A stretch of DNA of 64,000 nt from Bdellovibrionota bacterium FG-1 (GCA_051382295.1 JBBCAW010000004.1:64001-128000), one strand, 5' to 3'. Shown: positions 51,599-62,134, counted from the first letter of the stretch. Translations and numbers: made by a program. Notes: generated by a model not told the origin, from the letters alone.

Positions 51599-53461
51599 TT
51601 ACGCTCCTAGAATAGATCGGATCTTGGTTTCGATCTCGTCGACGGTAAAAGGCTGACCTTGGACTTTATTCAGGCGTTCGGTGTTGATGAGATATTCGCC
51701 TCGAAGCATAAACCAAAGCTGACCTTGATTGTTTTCCGGCAGAAGAACTTTTTTGTACTTCTGTAACAATCCCTTAAGATCAGGTGGAAGCGGATTGATA
51801 TACCTTAAATGGGCACATGCAACCTTGACTCCCTGTTGACTGAGGTTACGAACTGCAGTCTTAATTGCACCGGCGGTACCGCCCCAACCTAGGACGAGGA
51901 GTTCGGCGTCTTTATGGCCGTAAATCTCAGTCGGTGGAATGTCTTGCGCAACCCGCGCTACTTTTTCAGCGCGGAGTTTTACCATTTTTTCATGGTTAGC
52001 GGGTGACTGGCTCACTGTGCCCGTGCCGTCTTCTTTTTCAAGGCCGCCTAGACGGTGTTCCAAACCGGGAGTTCCAGGGATGGCCCAAGGACGAGCGAGC
52101 GTCTTGGGGTTGCGCTCATAGGGCTTAAAGTCGTTCGGGTCTTTTCGGAATTCGACATGGATAGGGGGAAGTTCGTCAAGTGAAGGCACGCGCCACACTT
52201 CGGCACCATTTCCAAGATAGCCTTCGCTCAACATAATGACTGGAGTCATGTATTTGGTTGCGATCCGCGAAGCCTCAAAAGCGACATCAAAACAATCCTT
52301 CGGTGAGCTAGAAGCCAAGACGACGATGGGAGATTCACCATGGCGCCCCCACATGGCTTGTAAGAGGTCGGATTGTTCTGTTTTGGTGGGCAGCCCGGTT
52401 GAAGGACCACCTCGTTGAACATCGATGATGACCATGGGTAATTCGACCATGACAGTCAGATTCATAAATTCGCTTTTGAGCGAAAACCCCGGACCAGAAG
52501 TGGTCGTGGCCGCTAAAGCTCCGCCAAAGGAAGCTCCCAAGGTTGCACCGATGGCCGCGATTTCGTCTTCAGCCTGAAACACGGTAGCGAAATCACGATA
52601 TTTGGTGAGTTCGTGCATGATGTCTGTGGCTGGCGTGATGGGATAGCTGCCGAGGAAAAGCTTGAGGCCCAATTTTTGAGCCGCCGCGATCAAACCGAGT
52701 GCCGCTGCTTGGTTGCCGGTAATATTGCGATACACGCCGGCCTTCTGGGGCTGAGCTGTACGATTCAAAAGGTAGGAGTGCGTAAAGAAGTCGCTGGTTT
52801 CTGGAAACTCGCGGCCCGCCTTGAGAGCGGCCAAGTTAGCGGCCAAAATCTCGGGTTTGGTCTGAAATTTCTTTTCAAGCCATTTGACGGTGTAGTCGAT
52901 TTTGCGGTTGAAGAGCCAATAGACCATTCCGAGCGCAAACAGATTTTTGCACCGTTCAGCTTCTTTTGTTCCCAACGAAAGGTGTGAGAGCGCCTTGAGG
53001 GTCAGGGCTGACATCGGAATCCGCACGACGTGGAACTTGGATAATTCGGGACTATCCAGAGGGTTTTCTTTATAGCCTGCTTTTTCGAGATTTTTTGGGG
53101 TAAATGCGTCTTCGTTGACGATGATATAACCTTCGGGACGGACGTTTTGAAGATTCACCTTGAGGGCAGGGGGGTTCATTGCCATCAATACGTCGTAGCG
53201 ATCACCGGGGGTAAATACCTCCGTGCCACCAATACAGACCTGGAAGCCCGAAACGCCAAATATCGTGCCGGCAGGGGCACGAATTTCAGAGGGATAATCT
53301 GGGAGAGTTGCGAAAAAGTCGCCATTTACGGCACTCGTGCTGGTAAATTGTTCGCCCACCAATTGCATACCATCGCCGGAATCGCCACCGAAGCGAAGGA
53401 CAGCGGTATCAACCTTTTTAGTGGGTTTAGTGGATTTAATAGGGGCAAGAGCTTCTTGCAT
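51599..53461 (-). CDS. korA: 2-oxoacid:ferredoxin oxidoreductase alpha subunit (gamma-alpha fused)
   Basis: GDSGDG, YPITPA, QAEDE, TSGPG, QRGGPSTGLPTK; GAGGAG before ATG 53461. Confidence 0.92.
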   Translation of the reverse strand: MQEALAPIKSTKPTKKVDTAVLRFGGDSGDGMQLVGEQFTSTSAVNGDFFATLPDYPSEIRAPAGTIFGVSGFQVCIGGTEVFTPGDRYDVLMAMNPPALKVNLQNVRPEGYIIVNEDAFTPKNLEKAGYKENPLDSPELSKFHVVRIPMSALTLKALSHLSLGTKEAERCKNLFALGMVYWLFNRKIDYTVKWLEKKFQTKPEILAANLAALKAGREFPETSDFFTHSYLLNRTAQPQKAGVYRNITGNQAAALGLIAAAQKLGLKLFLGSYPITPATDIMHELTKYRDFATVFQAEDEIAAIGATLGASFGGALAATTTSGPGFSLKSEFMNLTVMVELPMVIIDVQRGGPSTGLPTKTEQSDLLQAMWGRHGESPIVVLASSSPKDCFDVAFEASRIATKYMTPVIMLSEGYLGNGAEVWRVPSLDELPPIHVEFRKDPNDFKPYERNPKTLARPWAIPGTPGLEHRLGGLEKEDGTGTVSQSPANHEKMVKLRAEKVARVAQDIPPTEIYGHKDAELLVLGWGGTAGAIKTAVRNLSQQGVKVACAHLRYINPLPPDLKGLLQKYKKVLLPENNQGQLWFMLRGEYLINTERLNKVQGQPFTVDEIETKIRSILGA

Positions 53462-53526
53462 CGGGTGACTCCTCAGTACTCTTAGATAAAGTGGAGTCTT
53501 ACAATTAGCCGAACTGATTCTGGGAC

Positions 53527-53541
53527 GCAACAAAACGTCGC
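53527..53541 (-). promoter_or_regulatory. RegA/RegR-like binding site candidate 1
   Basis: Minus strand GCGACGTTTTGTTGC vs RegR box GNGRCRTTNNGNCGC, one mismatch. Confidence 0.45.
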
Positions 53542-53612
53542 CACATTTGGGCAGATCTTATTCAGGAATGAGTATATTGCGGTGCACGATGGCTTTCGAG
53601 CGCACAACTCGA

Positions 53613-53627
53613 GTGACATAATGTCTC
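53613..53627 (-). promoter_or_regulatory. RegA/RegR-like binding site candidate 2
   Basis: Minus strand GAGACATTATGTCAC vs the same consensus, one mismatch. Confidence 0.45.
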
Positions 53628-53686
53628 AAAAAATTAGCTTGTCGCCTTTTTTGGGGGGTGATCTATTTGGGTCATCGGGGGAAAAG

Positions 53687-54121
53687 ATGGAATTAGCGCC
53701 AAGCGTTGTGCGGAAGATTATTTTGGAAGAGCATGAGCAGCTCAGAACCAAGCTTAAGGCGATCGAAAATCTGATCGAGCGCAAAGATTTTGGCTCCCTT
53801 CAAAACCAGCTTCGTGAGCTTCAGTTTTTCTTTCTAAAGCACATTGCCCAGGAAGAATCCATTTTACGGCCCGTTTTAAAGGACCTGGACGCTTGGGGAG
53901 ATGTTCGAGTTGAAAGGATGAATGCGGAGCACGCCGCTCAGAGAAAAGAGATTCAGGCGCTGGATCAACTCATTTTAACCGGCAAACCGGACAAATATCT
54001 GGAGCCGGTCAAAAAATTTATCGAAGAACTCTATTGTGATATGGCTTCGGAAGAAAAAGAATGTTTGCATCCCGATGTTTTGAAGGATGATCCGATTTCT
54101 ATCAATACGAGTTGCGGCTGA
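53687..54121 (+). CDS. Hemerythrin-like (HHE) domain protein
   Basis: EEH, HIAQEE..L.P, EH, DMASEE pattern; ATG 53687 after GGGGG. Confidence 0.75.
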   Translation: MELAPSVVRKIILEEHEQLRTKLKAIENLIERKDFGSLQNQLRELQFFFLKHIAQEESILRPVLKDLDAWGDVRVERMNAEHAAQRKEIQALDQLILTGKPDKYLEPVKKFIEELYCDMASEEKECLHPDVLKDDPISINTSCG

Positions 54122-54152
54122 AACAAGTCAAAGAAAGTAAGAAAGAAAAACC

Positions 54153-54671
54153 ATGATCGACTTTAAAAAATTGTCCCTGAAGGATTGCCTGGATTTGGCC
54201 ATTTTGGTCGAAGAAGAGGCGCGTGAGCGATACGAGAGTTTTGCCGAACAAATCGGAGGTCGGTACAAAGGCGATGCGGGTGATTTTTTTATCGCGATGG
54301 CGGCTAATGAGGGCAAGCACGAAGAAGAACTTAGAAAACGCCGCAAAGAATTGTTTCAGGATGCGCCCACTACAGTGGACGGGAGCATGATTTGGGATGT
54401 TGAAGCGCCAGATGCAGGTAAGCCGCGCGCCTATATGTCTCCTCGGCAGGCTATGTTGCTTGCCTTGGATGCTGAGAAGAAAGCTTACCACTTTTTTGAT
54501 GATGCGCTGAAGCACATCCAAAATGACGAGGTTCGCGCCCTTTATCTCGAATTGCGGCAAGAAGAAGTTTCGCATCAGCAGATGCTTCAGAACCAGCTGG
54601 ATCTTCTCCCTGCGGATGGGGGTGGTCCCGACTTGAGTGAAGATGATGTGGATGAGCCACCGCAGCTTTAA
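54153..54671 (+). CDS. Rubrerythrin/ferritin-like di-iron protein without rubredoxin domain
   Basis: LAILVEEEARERY...NEGKH and LALDAEKKAYHFF...EEVSH. Confidence 0.85.
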   Translation: MIDFKKLSLKDCLDLAILVEEEARERYESFAEQIGGRYKGDAGDFFIAMAANEGKHEEELRKRRKELFQDAPTTVDGSMIWDVEAPDAGKPRAYMSPRQAMLLALDAEKKAYHFFDDALKHIQNDEVRALYLELRQEEVSHQQMLQNQLDLLPADGGGPDLSEDDVDEPPQL

Positions 54672-54691
54672 AAAGGTGCTCCGCACCTTTT
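54671..54691 (+). terminator. Hairpin AAAAGGTGC-TCC-GCACCTTTT directly after the ferritin-like gene
   Basis: Perfect 9-bp inverted repeat with a T tract on either strand. Confidence 0.55.
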
Positions 54692-54717
54692 GGTAGAGAC
54701 TTGCGTCATAAATACAC

Positions 54718-54758
54718 AAACGCCGCAGAACCCAGTTGAGTTCTACGGCGTTTTGTTT
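54718..54758. terminator. Intrinsic terminator between convergent genes
   Basis: AAACGCCGCAGAAC-CCAGTTGA-GTTCTACGGCGTTT stem (one mismatch) followed by TGTTT. Confidence 0.6.
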
Positions 54759-54822
54759 ACTTACAAAATGGTTTTCAGCTCAGTTTGACGCGGTAAGCAT
54801 CAAAAAGTAACCGGGTACCTAT

Positions 54823-55176
54823 TTAGTAGCGACCGCGACCACCGCCGCCACCGCCGCCACCGAATCCACCACGGCCACCGCCGCCGCCACCGAATCCGCC
54901 ACGGCCACCGCCGCCGCCTTCGCGAGGAGCCATTGGCTTAGCTTCATTGACAGTCATCGGGCGGCCATTGTAGTCAGCGCCGTTAAACTTGTTGATCGCA
55001 TCTTGAGCTTCTGCTTCAGTAGACATTTCGACAAAGCCGAAACCCTTGCTGCGGCCGCTGTCGCGGTCCATGATGATCTTGGCTGATTCAACTTTTCCAC
55101 ATTGTGAAAAAGTATCCATGAGGATTTGATCAGTTGCGGAGAATGGCAGATTGCCGACGTATAGTTTCTTACCCAT
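54823..55176 (-). CDS. Glycine-rich RRM RNA-binding protein
   Basis: RNP2 LYVGNL, RNP1 KGFGFVEM, GGRGGFGG tail; AGGAGG RBS. Confidence 0.95.
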   Translation of the reverse strand: MGKKLYVGNLPFSATDQILMDTFSQCGKVESAKIIMDRDSGRSKGFGFVEMSTEAEAQDAINKFNGADYNGRPMTVNEAKPMAPREGGGGGRGGFGGGGGGRGGFGGGGGGGGRGRY

Positions 55177-55347
55177 ATAACCTCCTAAAGGCTAGGGAGC
55201 TGCTCTAGAGGATATGTGGACACTATGCCCGCAGACTCGAAAGAAGCAAATTTAGACAACAGACGCACCTACTTTAGCATGAACGTTCTTCAATGGAAAC
55301 AATTTTATTCTGGTAATATTGCCGCATTGCGTATAAGGTCACGTCCA

Positions 55348-56589
55348 ATGATGACTGAATTCAAAAATCTTAATTTAATTGCACCGATATTGACCGCCAT
55401 TCGTAATGAAGGATACCTCAAACCCACCCCCGTTCAGCAGTTGGCCATTCCTAGGGTTCTCGAACAAAGGGATCTTTTGGCTTGTGCCCAGACCGGTACC
55501 GGAAAAACCGCGGCCTTTGCTCTTCCCATTTTGCAGATTCTTACTGAACGAAATCAAAAAGCGCTTTATCAATCCAGAACCCCTGAAATTCGGGTGCTTG
55601 TTTTAACGCCCACACGAGAACTTGCCTCGCAAATAGGCAAAAGCTTCACGGATTATGGAAAAGAGCTCTCGCTGAGAAATACCGTGATCTTTGGGGGCGT
55701 AGGGCAAAATCCCCAGGTCGCCACGCTTCGGCGAGGGGTAGATATCTTGATTGCTACTCCGGGACGGTTGCTTGATCTGATTAACCAGCGACTCGTGCGT
55801 TTAGGTGCGATTGAGATTTTCGTCCTCGACGAGGCCGATCGTATGCTGGATATGGGGTTTATTCATGATGTTCGAAGGATCATCGCCGTCATTCCAAAAA
55901 AACGCCAAACCCTGTTTTTTTCAGCGACGATGCCCCCTGAAATCGGCAAGTTGGCTCAGCAGATTCTCACGAATCCCGCACGGATCGAAGTGACTCCAGT
56001 GGCAACGACGGCCGAGTTGATTGAACAAGTGGTTTATCAGGTTGCCTCTAACCAAAAGACCTCTTTGTTGAAGCATCTTTTAGGTAACCCGAGTGTGGAA
56101 AGAGCTCTTGTTTTTACGCGCACCAAGCGGGATGCTAATCGCGTGGCGGAGTCATTGACTGGAGCAGGCGTTTGCGCAGCCGCAATTCACGGCAATAAAT
56201 CACAAGGTGCCCGCGAAAAAGCGTTGGATGGAATCAAGACTGGGCGTACTCGCGTGCTGGTTGCCACGGATATTGCTGCCCGCGGGATTGATATCGATCA
56301 AGTGACGCACGTTTTTAATTTCGATATTCCGAATGTTCCTGAAAGTTATGTTCATCGGATCGGAAGAACCGCGCGCGCTGGAAATTCCGGGCAGGCGATT
56401 TCGTTTTGTGCGCCCGAAGAGCGGGCGTTTATGAGCGACATTGAGCGTTTGATCCGCAAACGTCCTCAATTGATGACCACTCCCGAAAATTTGATGCCTG
56501 AGAAAAAGCGGTCTCGCGGACCGCAATTTTCGGACCGGTCGCATTTTTCGCAAAGGTCACAAAGACAAAGGCCTAGATCAACCAGATGA
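55348..56589 (+). CDS. rhlE: DEAD-box RNA helicase (RhlE-like)
   Basis: Q motif, [34 protein letters not shown]. Confidence 0.88.
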   Translation: MMTEFKNLNLIAPILTAIRNEGYLKPTPVQQLAIPRVLEQRDLLACAQTGTGKTAAFALPILQILTERNQKALYQSRTPEIRVLVLTPTRELASQIGKSFTDYGKELSLRNTVIFGGVGQNPQVATLRRGVDILIATPGRLLDLINQRLVRLGAIEIFVLDEADRMLDMGFIHDVRRIIAVIPKKRQTLFFSATMPPEIGKLAQQILTNPARIEVTPVATTAELIEQVVYQVASNQKTSLLKHLLGNPSVERALVFTRTKRDANRVAESLTGAGVCAAAIHGNKSQGAREKALDGIKTGRTRVLVATDIAARGIDIDQVTHVFNFDIPNVPESYVHRIGRTARAGNSGQAISFCAPEERAFMSDIERLIRKRPQLMTTPENLMPEKKRSRGPQFSDRSHFSQRSQRQRPRSTR

Positions 56590-58787
56590 ACTTTCGGTCT
56601 CACTTCATTGCGTTAGGCTTTGGAGTACTTTTGGCGGCTTCAGCTCGAATGCCGCTTGCCCTTTCAGCGCCATTTCCTGCGGGGGGTACTGAAGACGTTG
56701 TTTTTGGTTTGGACAACCCAACTTGGCCAGATTGGCTGAAGTGGTTTGAAGCCATGACCGAGGCTCGCGCAAAGACTTTGAAGGAGATTGAATTCAATTC
56801 TGAAATTTACGAATCTCCGGCGTCCCTTTGGAGCGACCAAGCCTATAGACAGTACAAGATCTTCATGTACGATCGTTCGTTCTTTCGTGAGGGAAGATAT
56901 CGAACCAAGCAGTTAATCCAGGAAATTCGCGAGCGATTTGGGAAGGTGGATTCCGTCCTTCTTTGGCATGCCTATCCACAGATCGGATTTGATTCGCGGA
57001 CCCAATTTGATTTCTATCGACAGATGCCGGGCGGGATCAAGGGACTGAAACGTGATGTCATCGATGTTTTTCACCGCGCGGGAATTCGGGTTTTCTTAAA
57101 TTTCAATCCCTGGGCGGTGACCGACGGTCCTTTAGAAAGTGCTCATCGTGAGCTAGCCGAGGTCATCGGCGAGCTGGATGCGGACGGTGTGATGCTGGAC
57201 ACGATGGATGATGTGCCCGATAGCCTCCGAAAGGCCATCGATCAAAAGAAGTCTGGAGTGGTGCTCGCACCTGAACGGCGGATGCCGGATTCGGATTTGA
57301 GCTTTGCACGTCAGTCCTGGGCGCAGTGGTATGACCTTGGTGAGGGTAATCCGCCCTCTCTTTATCGCGAAAAATGGCTTGAACCTCGGCATATTCAGCT
57401 GACGATCCGACGTTGGGATCGTTCCCGCGCTGACGACATTATTTTTAGTTTTTTCAACGCTTCGGGGCTTTTGCTTTGGGAAAATATTTATGGCTCGTGG
57501 AATCCTTATACCCTCGAGGATCGTGCATTAGCGGCTGCAACCGGGGTTTTGCTCGGAGCCTATTCGGATATCTTGACTCGCGGGCGTTGGTTGCCATTGA
57601 TCCCAACCGGCGTCAGTGGATTAGATGCAAATCGTTGGGAGTTGACCGATCCACAACAAAATATTCTCCGGTCGATTACTTTGTTCAGAAACCGCACGGA
57701 TCAGCCTTTAAGTTATTCAGTACCGCCGCACTCGGACGCTCAAACGAAGTATTTTTATTTCTGGGGAAATACGGCCGGAACAGCGGCCTCAAAAACGATT
57801 GTTGTGGCGCCCCGCTCAACGCAGGCACTGGTGTTGGACTTTCCAAAAACCGCGCGCCTCGTTCTGAGTCAATTTGTGTCCGCCTCACGGCGAGCTCGAA
57901 TGCCCGTTTCGGTACCTAAGGGCGAGCCGATCTTTGAGGAAGTGACTCCGGAGCCGTGGAGTCCAAAACCGCTGCCACGGCCCTCGATCGTGAGTCGGCG
58001 GGAGCTGCCTGCCCGAGGAATGGCGGAGATCCCGGGCGGACCCTTTACAATGACCATTGAGCACGCCAAGCGTGAAGAGGGCTGTTATCCTTGGGGAGCG
58101 AATCGCGATGCTCAATGGGGATGGTACTATGAAGATTTAGTAAAACATCAATTCACAAACGAGCTGAAGCCGTTCGGGATGAAGCTCACGACTGTGACCA
58201 ATGCCGAGTATTTAGAGTTTGTTCGTAAGAGCGGATATCGTCCTCGAAATCCAAAACGTTTCTTGCAACAAATCCCGAGGGATCCGAATGGAAATTTGTC
58301 TCAGCGTCTTTCGGATGAAGTCGGGGGGCTTCCGGTTACCTATGTGAGTCTTGCCGATGCCCGTGCGTACGCGCATTGGAAGGGGGAGCGACTTCCGACT
58401 GAGGCGGAGTGGCAGTGGGCCGCCGAAGGGGCTGGAGCAGGCTATCGCTGGCCTTGGGGCAATGATGATGCATTACGGACCTCCGAAAGGGTCAATTTGA
58501 GCGGCCAATTGATGCCTGCTAGAAGTAATGTGGCCGGTGCATCCCCGCAGGGGTTGCTGAATCTCACGGGCAATGTTTGGGAGTTGACGGAGAGTGAGTG
58601 GACCGACGGTCATACTCATTACTTGATGCTTCGGGGCGGAGTGTTTTTGACTCCCGCGCCGAGTGAGTGGGTGATTCCGCGAGGGCCGCGCCCCAATCAG
58701 TTTCACGCCAAGTATCTCATGATGAGTGATGATTTGGATCGAAGTGAGGCGATTGGGTTTAGAACTATGGTTGATTCGCATGAATAA
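56586..58787 (+). CDS. Exported FGE-sulfatase (SUMF1/EgtB/PvdO)-fold protein with large N-terminal domain
   Basis: [30 protein letters not shown]; signal peptide; 4-nt overlap with the helicase gene. Confidence 0.82.
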   Translation: MNFRSHFIALGFGVLLAASARMPLALSAPFPAGGTEDVVFGLDNPTWPDWLKWFEAMTEARAKTLKEIEFNSEIYESPASLWSDQAYRQYKIFMYDRSFFREGRYRTKQLIQEIRERFGKVDSVLLWHAYPQIGFDSRTQFDFYRQMPGGIKGLKRDVIDVFHRAGIRVFLNFNPWAVTDGPLESAHRELAEVIGELDADGVMLDTMDDVPDSLRKAIDQKKSGVVLAPERRMPDSDLSFARQSWAQWYDLGEGNPPSLYREKWLEPRHIQLTIRRWDRSRADDIIFSFFNASGLLLWENIYGSWNPYTLEDRALAAATGVLLGAYSDILTRGRWLPLIPTGVSGLDANRWELTDPQQNILRSITLFRNRTDQPLSYSVPPHSDAQTKYFYFWGNTAGTAASKTIVVAPRSTQALVLDFPKTARLVLSQFVSASRRARMPVSVPKGEPIFEEVTPEPWSPKPLPRPSIVSRRELPARGMAEIPGGPFTMTIEHAKREEGCYPWGANRDAQWGWYYEDLVKHQFTNELKPFGMKLTTVTNAEYLEFVRKSGYRPRNPKRFLQQIPRDPNGNLSQRLSDEVGGLPVTYVSLADARAYAHWKGERLPTEAEWQWAAEGAGAGYRWPWGNDDALRTSERVNLSGQLMPARSNVAGASPQGLLNLTGNVWELTESEWTDGHTHYLMLRGGVFLTPAPSEWVIPRGPRPNQFHAKYLMMSDDLDRSEAIGFRTMVDSHE

Positions 58788-58823
58788 TTTTAAGCCACCC
58801 GTAGGATCATTGCTCGAGCTAAT

Positions 58824-60287
58824 TTATCGTAACCACTCACCTAGCAGCGAACTGAATTTTTCGCGCGCTTCTTGATATCCAGGCAAATCGGTTTTTGTGC
58901 CTAAGTCGTCACAATGGGCGCCGCCCTCGATCACATAAGTCGAAAGGTGAGGGTTCGTATTATTGCCCAATTCGGGAGTGATGGATATCTTGGACCAGGG
59001 ATCGGTTGAGCCGTTGGTGAAAAGGATCCGCGTGGTCGACTCGTTGAGGAATGGCTCATAATACCGTTTGTTCAATGCGTCCACGCTCACCGGACCGAGA
59101 TGAAACAGGCGTTGGCAAGCATCAAAATGATATTGAAGACTGATCAACGAAGAACGAACCGAAATCGCTGGGTCGTGATAGGCCACTTGAAAAAATCCGA
59201 ATTCGCGACAGGATTGGTAAAGCCATTGCCTCATCCCTAGGCCGTGATCGAAGAGCGATACGTCTTCGGATTCCGCTCCTTGGAGCGAGTCTTGTTCGGC
59301 GGTGATTCCAAACCAAGCGAACATTTTTTTGCCCACGGTAGCATAGCTGGTAAGAGGGTCGGCCCCTTGGAGGGCGGTGCAAAATTCATCGCGATGGCCG
59401 TATTGGATGGCGATCGCGGCCATGTCGGCAATCACATAAAGAAAGTCGACCGAATCGCGGACGCTGCTCGCATCAAAGAGCGCCTTGATTTTGGCGAGTT
59501 GATCGGGTTGATCCAGGACGCTCTCTACTTGCTTGACCACCCGGCGCATCGTGGCCGCGCATTCGGGGCCTGCCACGGTCGCGACGTCCAGATCGTAGTC
59601 TTCGAAGGCAGCTTTGGCATGCACGGGCGCGGACGAAGCCAATGCGCCAGAAACGAGCTTCGGGAAAGATTCGCGGTAATAGGCCGATAAACTGCCGGGA
59701 TAAGAGCCGCCCATCGAAACCCATTTGCCCTTGAGACCCAGTCGGTCCATGGCAAAACGTTGAAAGCTTGCGAGATCCGAAAGTGCGTTTTCGATCGTGA
59801 GGTATTTCATGTGTGCGGCGCTGAGGTCGCCGAAGGGTTGGCTTTTGCCATAGTAGCGGTGTTCGAGGGCCACCATATGGGCGCCGTATTTTTGGGCTTG
59901 GTCGACAATTTCACCATATAAATCCGAGGCATCGCACTGGCTTTCGCCGCAAACATAGTACAAAACCGGAGAATTTTCGCCGCTCGCGAAGCGTGAGTTT
60001 ATAAAGTAACGTTGTTTAAACCGCGTAGGATCGGTCGGGTCGTTGGGGTTGAGAAGCTGATCAAAGATGCCGGAAGTCGCTTGAGGCTCGGGGGCGTCGC
60101 TCCCGATGAGACTTTGAGGCAAAAAGGAAGGTCTCAGCCATTCAAGCCAATTTATGGGGGCTTGTGTCTCGTGAGCTTTGAGCGAGTGATTGTAATAGTA
60201 GGTTTTGGGGTCGGCAAAGGCGGTTCCACTGGCGAGAATCAGTGATCCTGTGAGGTATCCCAGACAGAGTAGCGTTAACTTTTTCAT
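58824..60287 (-). CDS. Serine peptidase family S28, secreted
   Basis: FKQRYF, LEHRYYGKS, GGSYPG, ASSAP, WLYQSC.EFG, DPW, AHCDD. Confidence 0.92.
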   Translation of the reverse strand: MKKLTLLCLGYLTGSLILASGTAFADPKTYYYNHSLKAHETQAPINWLEWLRPSFLPQSLIGSDAPEPQATSGIFDQLLNPNDPTDPTRFKQRYFINSRFASGENSPVLYYVCGESQCDASDLYGEIVDQAQKYGAHMVALEHRYYGKSQPFGDLSAAHMKYLTIENALSDLASFQRFAMDRLGLKGKWVSMGGSYPGSLSAYYRESFPKLVSGALASSAPVHAKAAFEDYDLDVATVAGPECAATMRRVVKQVESVLDQPDQLAKIKALFDASSVRDSVDFLYVIADMAAIAIQYGHRDEFCTALQGADPLTSYATVGKKMFAWFGITAEQDSLQGAESEDVSLFDHGLGMRQWLYQSCREFGFFQVAYHDPAISVRSSLISLQYHFDACQRLFHLGPVSVDALNKRYYEPFLNESTTRILFTNGSTDPWSKISITPELGNNTNPHLSTYVIEGGAHCDDLGTKTDLPGYQEAREKFSSLLGEWLR

Positions 60288-60402
60288 CGTCTTCTTCCCT
60301 TATTGACAGGGGGTTGTTTATCGCAGTGCGCAACTTTAGGCAAATTTTGGTTTAGCTTTTTTTATATATAAAATTTATTAATTATTTTAAATGGTTGCGG
60401 TT

Positions 60403-60431
60403 TATATCGGTACTCGATATATCGGTTGACA
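60403..60431 (+). promoter_or_regulatory. Palindromic operator candidate and TTGACA -35 upstream of higA
   Basis: TATATCG-GTACT-CGATATA (60403-60421); TATATCGGT direct repeat at 60403 and 60418; TTGACA at 60426-60431. Confidence 0.45.
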
Positions 60432-60470
60432 TAGTAGTCTATAGGTTGAAGATTACCATTAGGAGTGACC

Positions 60471-60755
60471 ATGTTACCCAAAAACAGACCACCCGTTCAT
60501 CCGGGAGAAATATTGGCCGAAGATTTTTTAAAGCCCATGAAAATTTCTCAGCTGAGGTTTGCCGCTCACCTTGGTTGGCCCTACGCGAGAGTGAATGAAA
60601 TCATTAACGGAAAGCGTGGCATTACACCCGAAACCGCTCTCGCTTTTGCGGATGTGTTTGGTACTACACCGGATTTATGGCTCAATCTTCAACAAAACTA
60701 TGAACTTTGGTATGCCCAACAGAAGCATAAAAAATTTACGCAGATCGCCAGTTAA
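60471..60755 (+). CDS. higA: HigA-family antitoxin (Xre HTH)
   Basis: PVHPGEILAEDFL, NEIINGKRGITPETAL, FGTTPDLWLNLQ; AGGAG RBS. Confidence 0.9.
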   Translation: MLPKNRPPVHPGEILAEDFLKPMKISQLRFAAHLGWPYARVNEIINGKRGITPETALAFADVFGTTPDLWLNLQQNYELWYAQQKHKKFTQIAS

Positions 60756-62134
60756 ACCTTCAGCCGCCCCACCGCTTGATTTGCCTCAGTAAAATGCCCC
60801 AAGCATTGATCCAGTTTGCGATTCATTTGGTCTAGGCCCTGCAAAAAACGTCGGCTGATCTCGGTCGAGGCGGTCAGGGATGTTTTGCCTTCGGCAATCA
60901 GGCTTTGCATGCTTTCAATGTGGGTATTGAAGGAGGTCGTGCCACCATCCAGAAAGGCGAGTTCGATTCTTCCTCGTTGCCGAATGACTTCGAGGCCATT
61001 GATCAATTTAATCATTTCGTTCGCTTCACGCGATAACCCTCGCAACACGTCCAAAAGGCTCTGAACGCTGACCTTGACGGTATCTGAGAAGGTTCTGGCT
61101 ACGCCCAGTAAACAAAGAAAATTATCTTGCAGCTCTCGCAATTTTTGGGGGTCTCGCTGGACCTCGGGTGGTTTTCGCAAGAATTCCAAAATGAGAAACG
61201 TCACCATTTCAGTCTGAAGTCGTGCGGCACCGATGTCGAACTCCGCGGCGTGGATGGCTGAACTTAAACGACTCAGCGAGGATTCAAAGCCCCCTACGCC
61301 ATTTTGCACCTGCACGGCCATTTCCTGAAATCCTTCAGCCACTCGCCCCATGGTGATCGCCGAGCTGCCACTCTGTTCGGCGGCGGCGGACATATTGATG
61401 ACCAGAAAGTGAACGCTTTTGAAAGATTTGAGGACCGAAGAAATATGGGTGGTCAGATCCTTGGCCAGCGCCATAAATCCGCCGAGTGAGTTAAAAATGT
61501 TCGTGTAACTTTCCGAGGCACGTAGGCAAGTTTCGCTAATGCGAAAGAGCGCGGGATCAAGAAGCGCCTGGCTAACGTCAAGCTGTGAGTGATTTTCGCC
61601 ACGAGTGGCGAGGATCCCCGCTTCTTTGGCGCAGAGTTCTGCCCCGACGGCTGCGGTCATGAAGGAAGGGTAATCATTAAAGCCCGCTTTTTTTATACCT
61701 TCAAGAAGCACGCGGGTTCCGCCCTCAACTCCCTGGGTCTTTTCAGCCTTGAGGGCCTCTCCGTAAATCTGTTTGGTTGCTTCGAACAAGGGGGTGGAAG
61801 GTTTGATCCGAATCGAAACATAGCCGTCTTTGATCGGAAAAACCCCCGCAAAAACCCAATAATAGCGACCATCAGCAGCCATGTTTTTGACGTAGGCGCA
61901 AAGAGGCTTCCCTGTCTGAATCGTTTGCCACAGCAGTGCAAAAACAGCCTTGGGCATGTCCGGGTGACGGATAATGTTATGGGGTTGTCCCATGAGGTTT
62001 TCGGCGGGGTGACCGCTCACCCGAACAAAAACGTCGTTTCCGCTCTCGATGATGCCGCGTAGATCGGTCCTAGAAAAAAATAATTCGTCGATTTCAAAAG
62101 GAGACGGCGCGTCGATAGGTTGAGGTCTCTTCAT
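60752..62134 (-). CDS. Soluble Aer-type PAS sensor with degenerate MCP-like helical domain
   Basis: SRTDLRGII, HNIIRHPDMP, YVKN..DGRYYWV; no clear TM hairpin. Confidence 0.8.
   Translation of the reverse strand: MKRPQPIDAPSPFEIDELFFSRTDLRGIIESGNDVFVRVSGHPAENLMGQPHNIIRHPDMPKAVFALLWQTIQTGKPLCAYVKNMAADGRYYWVFAGVFPIKDGYVSIRIKPSTPLFEATKQIYGEALKAEKTQGVEGGTRVLLEGIKKAGFNDYPSFMTAAVGAELCAKEAGILATRGENHSQLDVSQALLDPALFRISETCLRASESYTNIFNSLGGFMALAKDLTTHISSVLKSFKSVHFLVINMSAAAEQSGSSAITMGRVAEGFQEMAVQVQNGVGGFESSLSRLSSAIHAAEFDIGAARLQTEMVTFLILEFLRKPPEVQRDPQKLRELQDNFLCLLGVARTFSDTVKVSVQSLLDVLRGLSREANEMIKLINGLEVIRQRGRIELAFLDGGTTSFNTHIESMQSLIAEGKTSLTASTEISRRFLQGLDQMNRKLDQCLGHFTEANQAVGRLKV

Noticed and set aside
54102..54719. 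205-aa minus-strand ORF
   Set aside because: Antisense shadow of the ferritin-like gene
54838..54920. GC-rich tandem repeat with a 30-nt unit
   Set aside because: Encodes the Gly-rich tail of the RRM protein; not a CRISPR array or non-coding repeat
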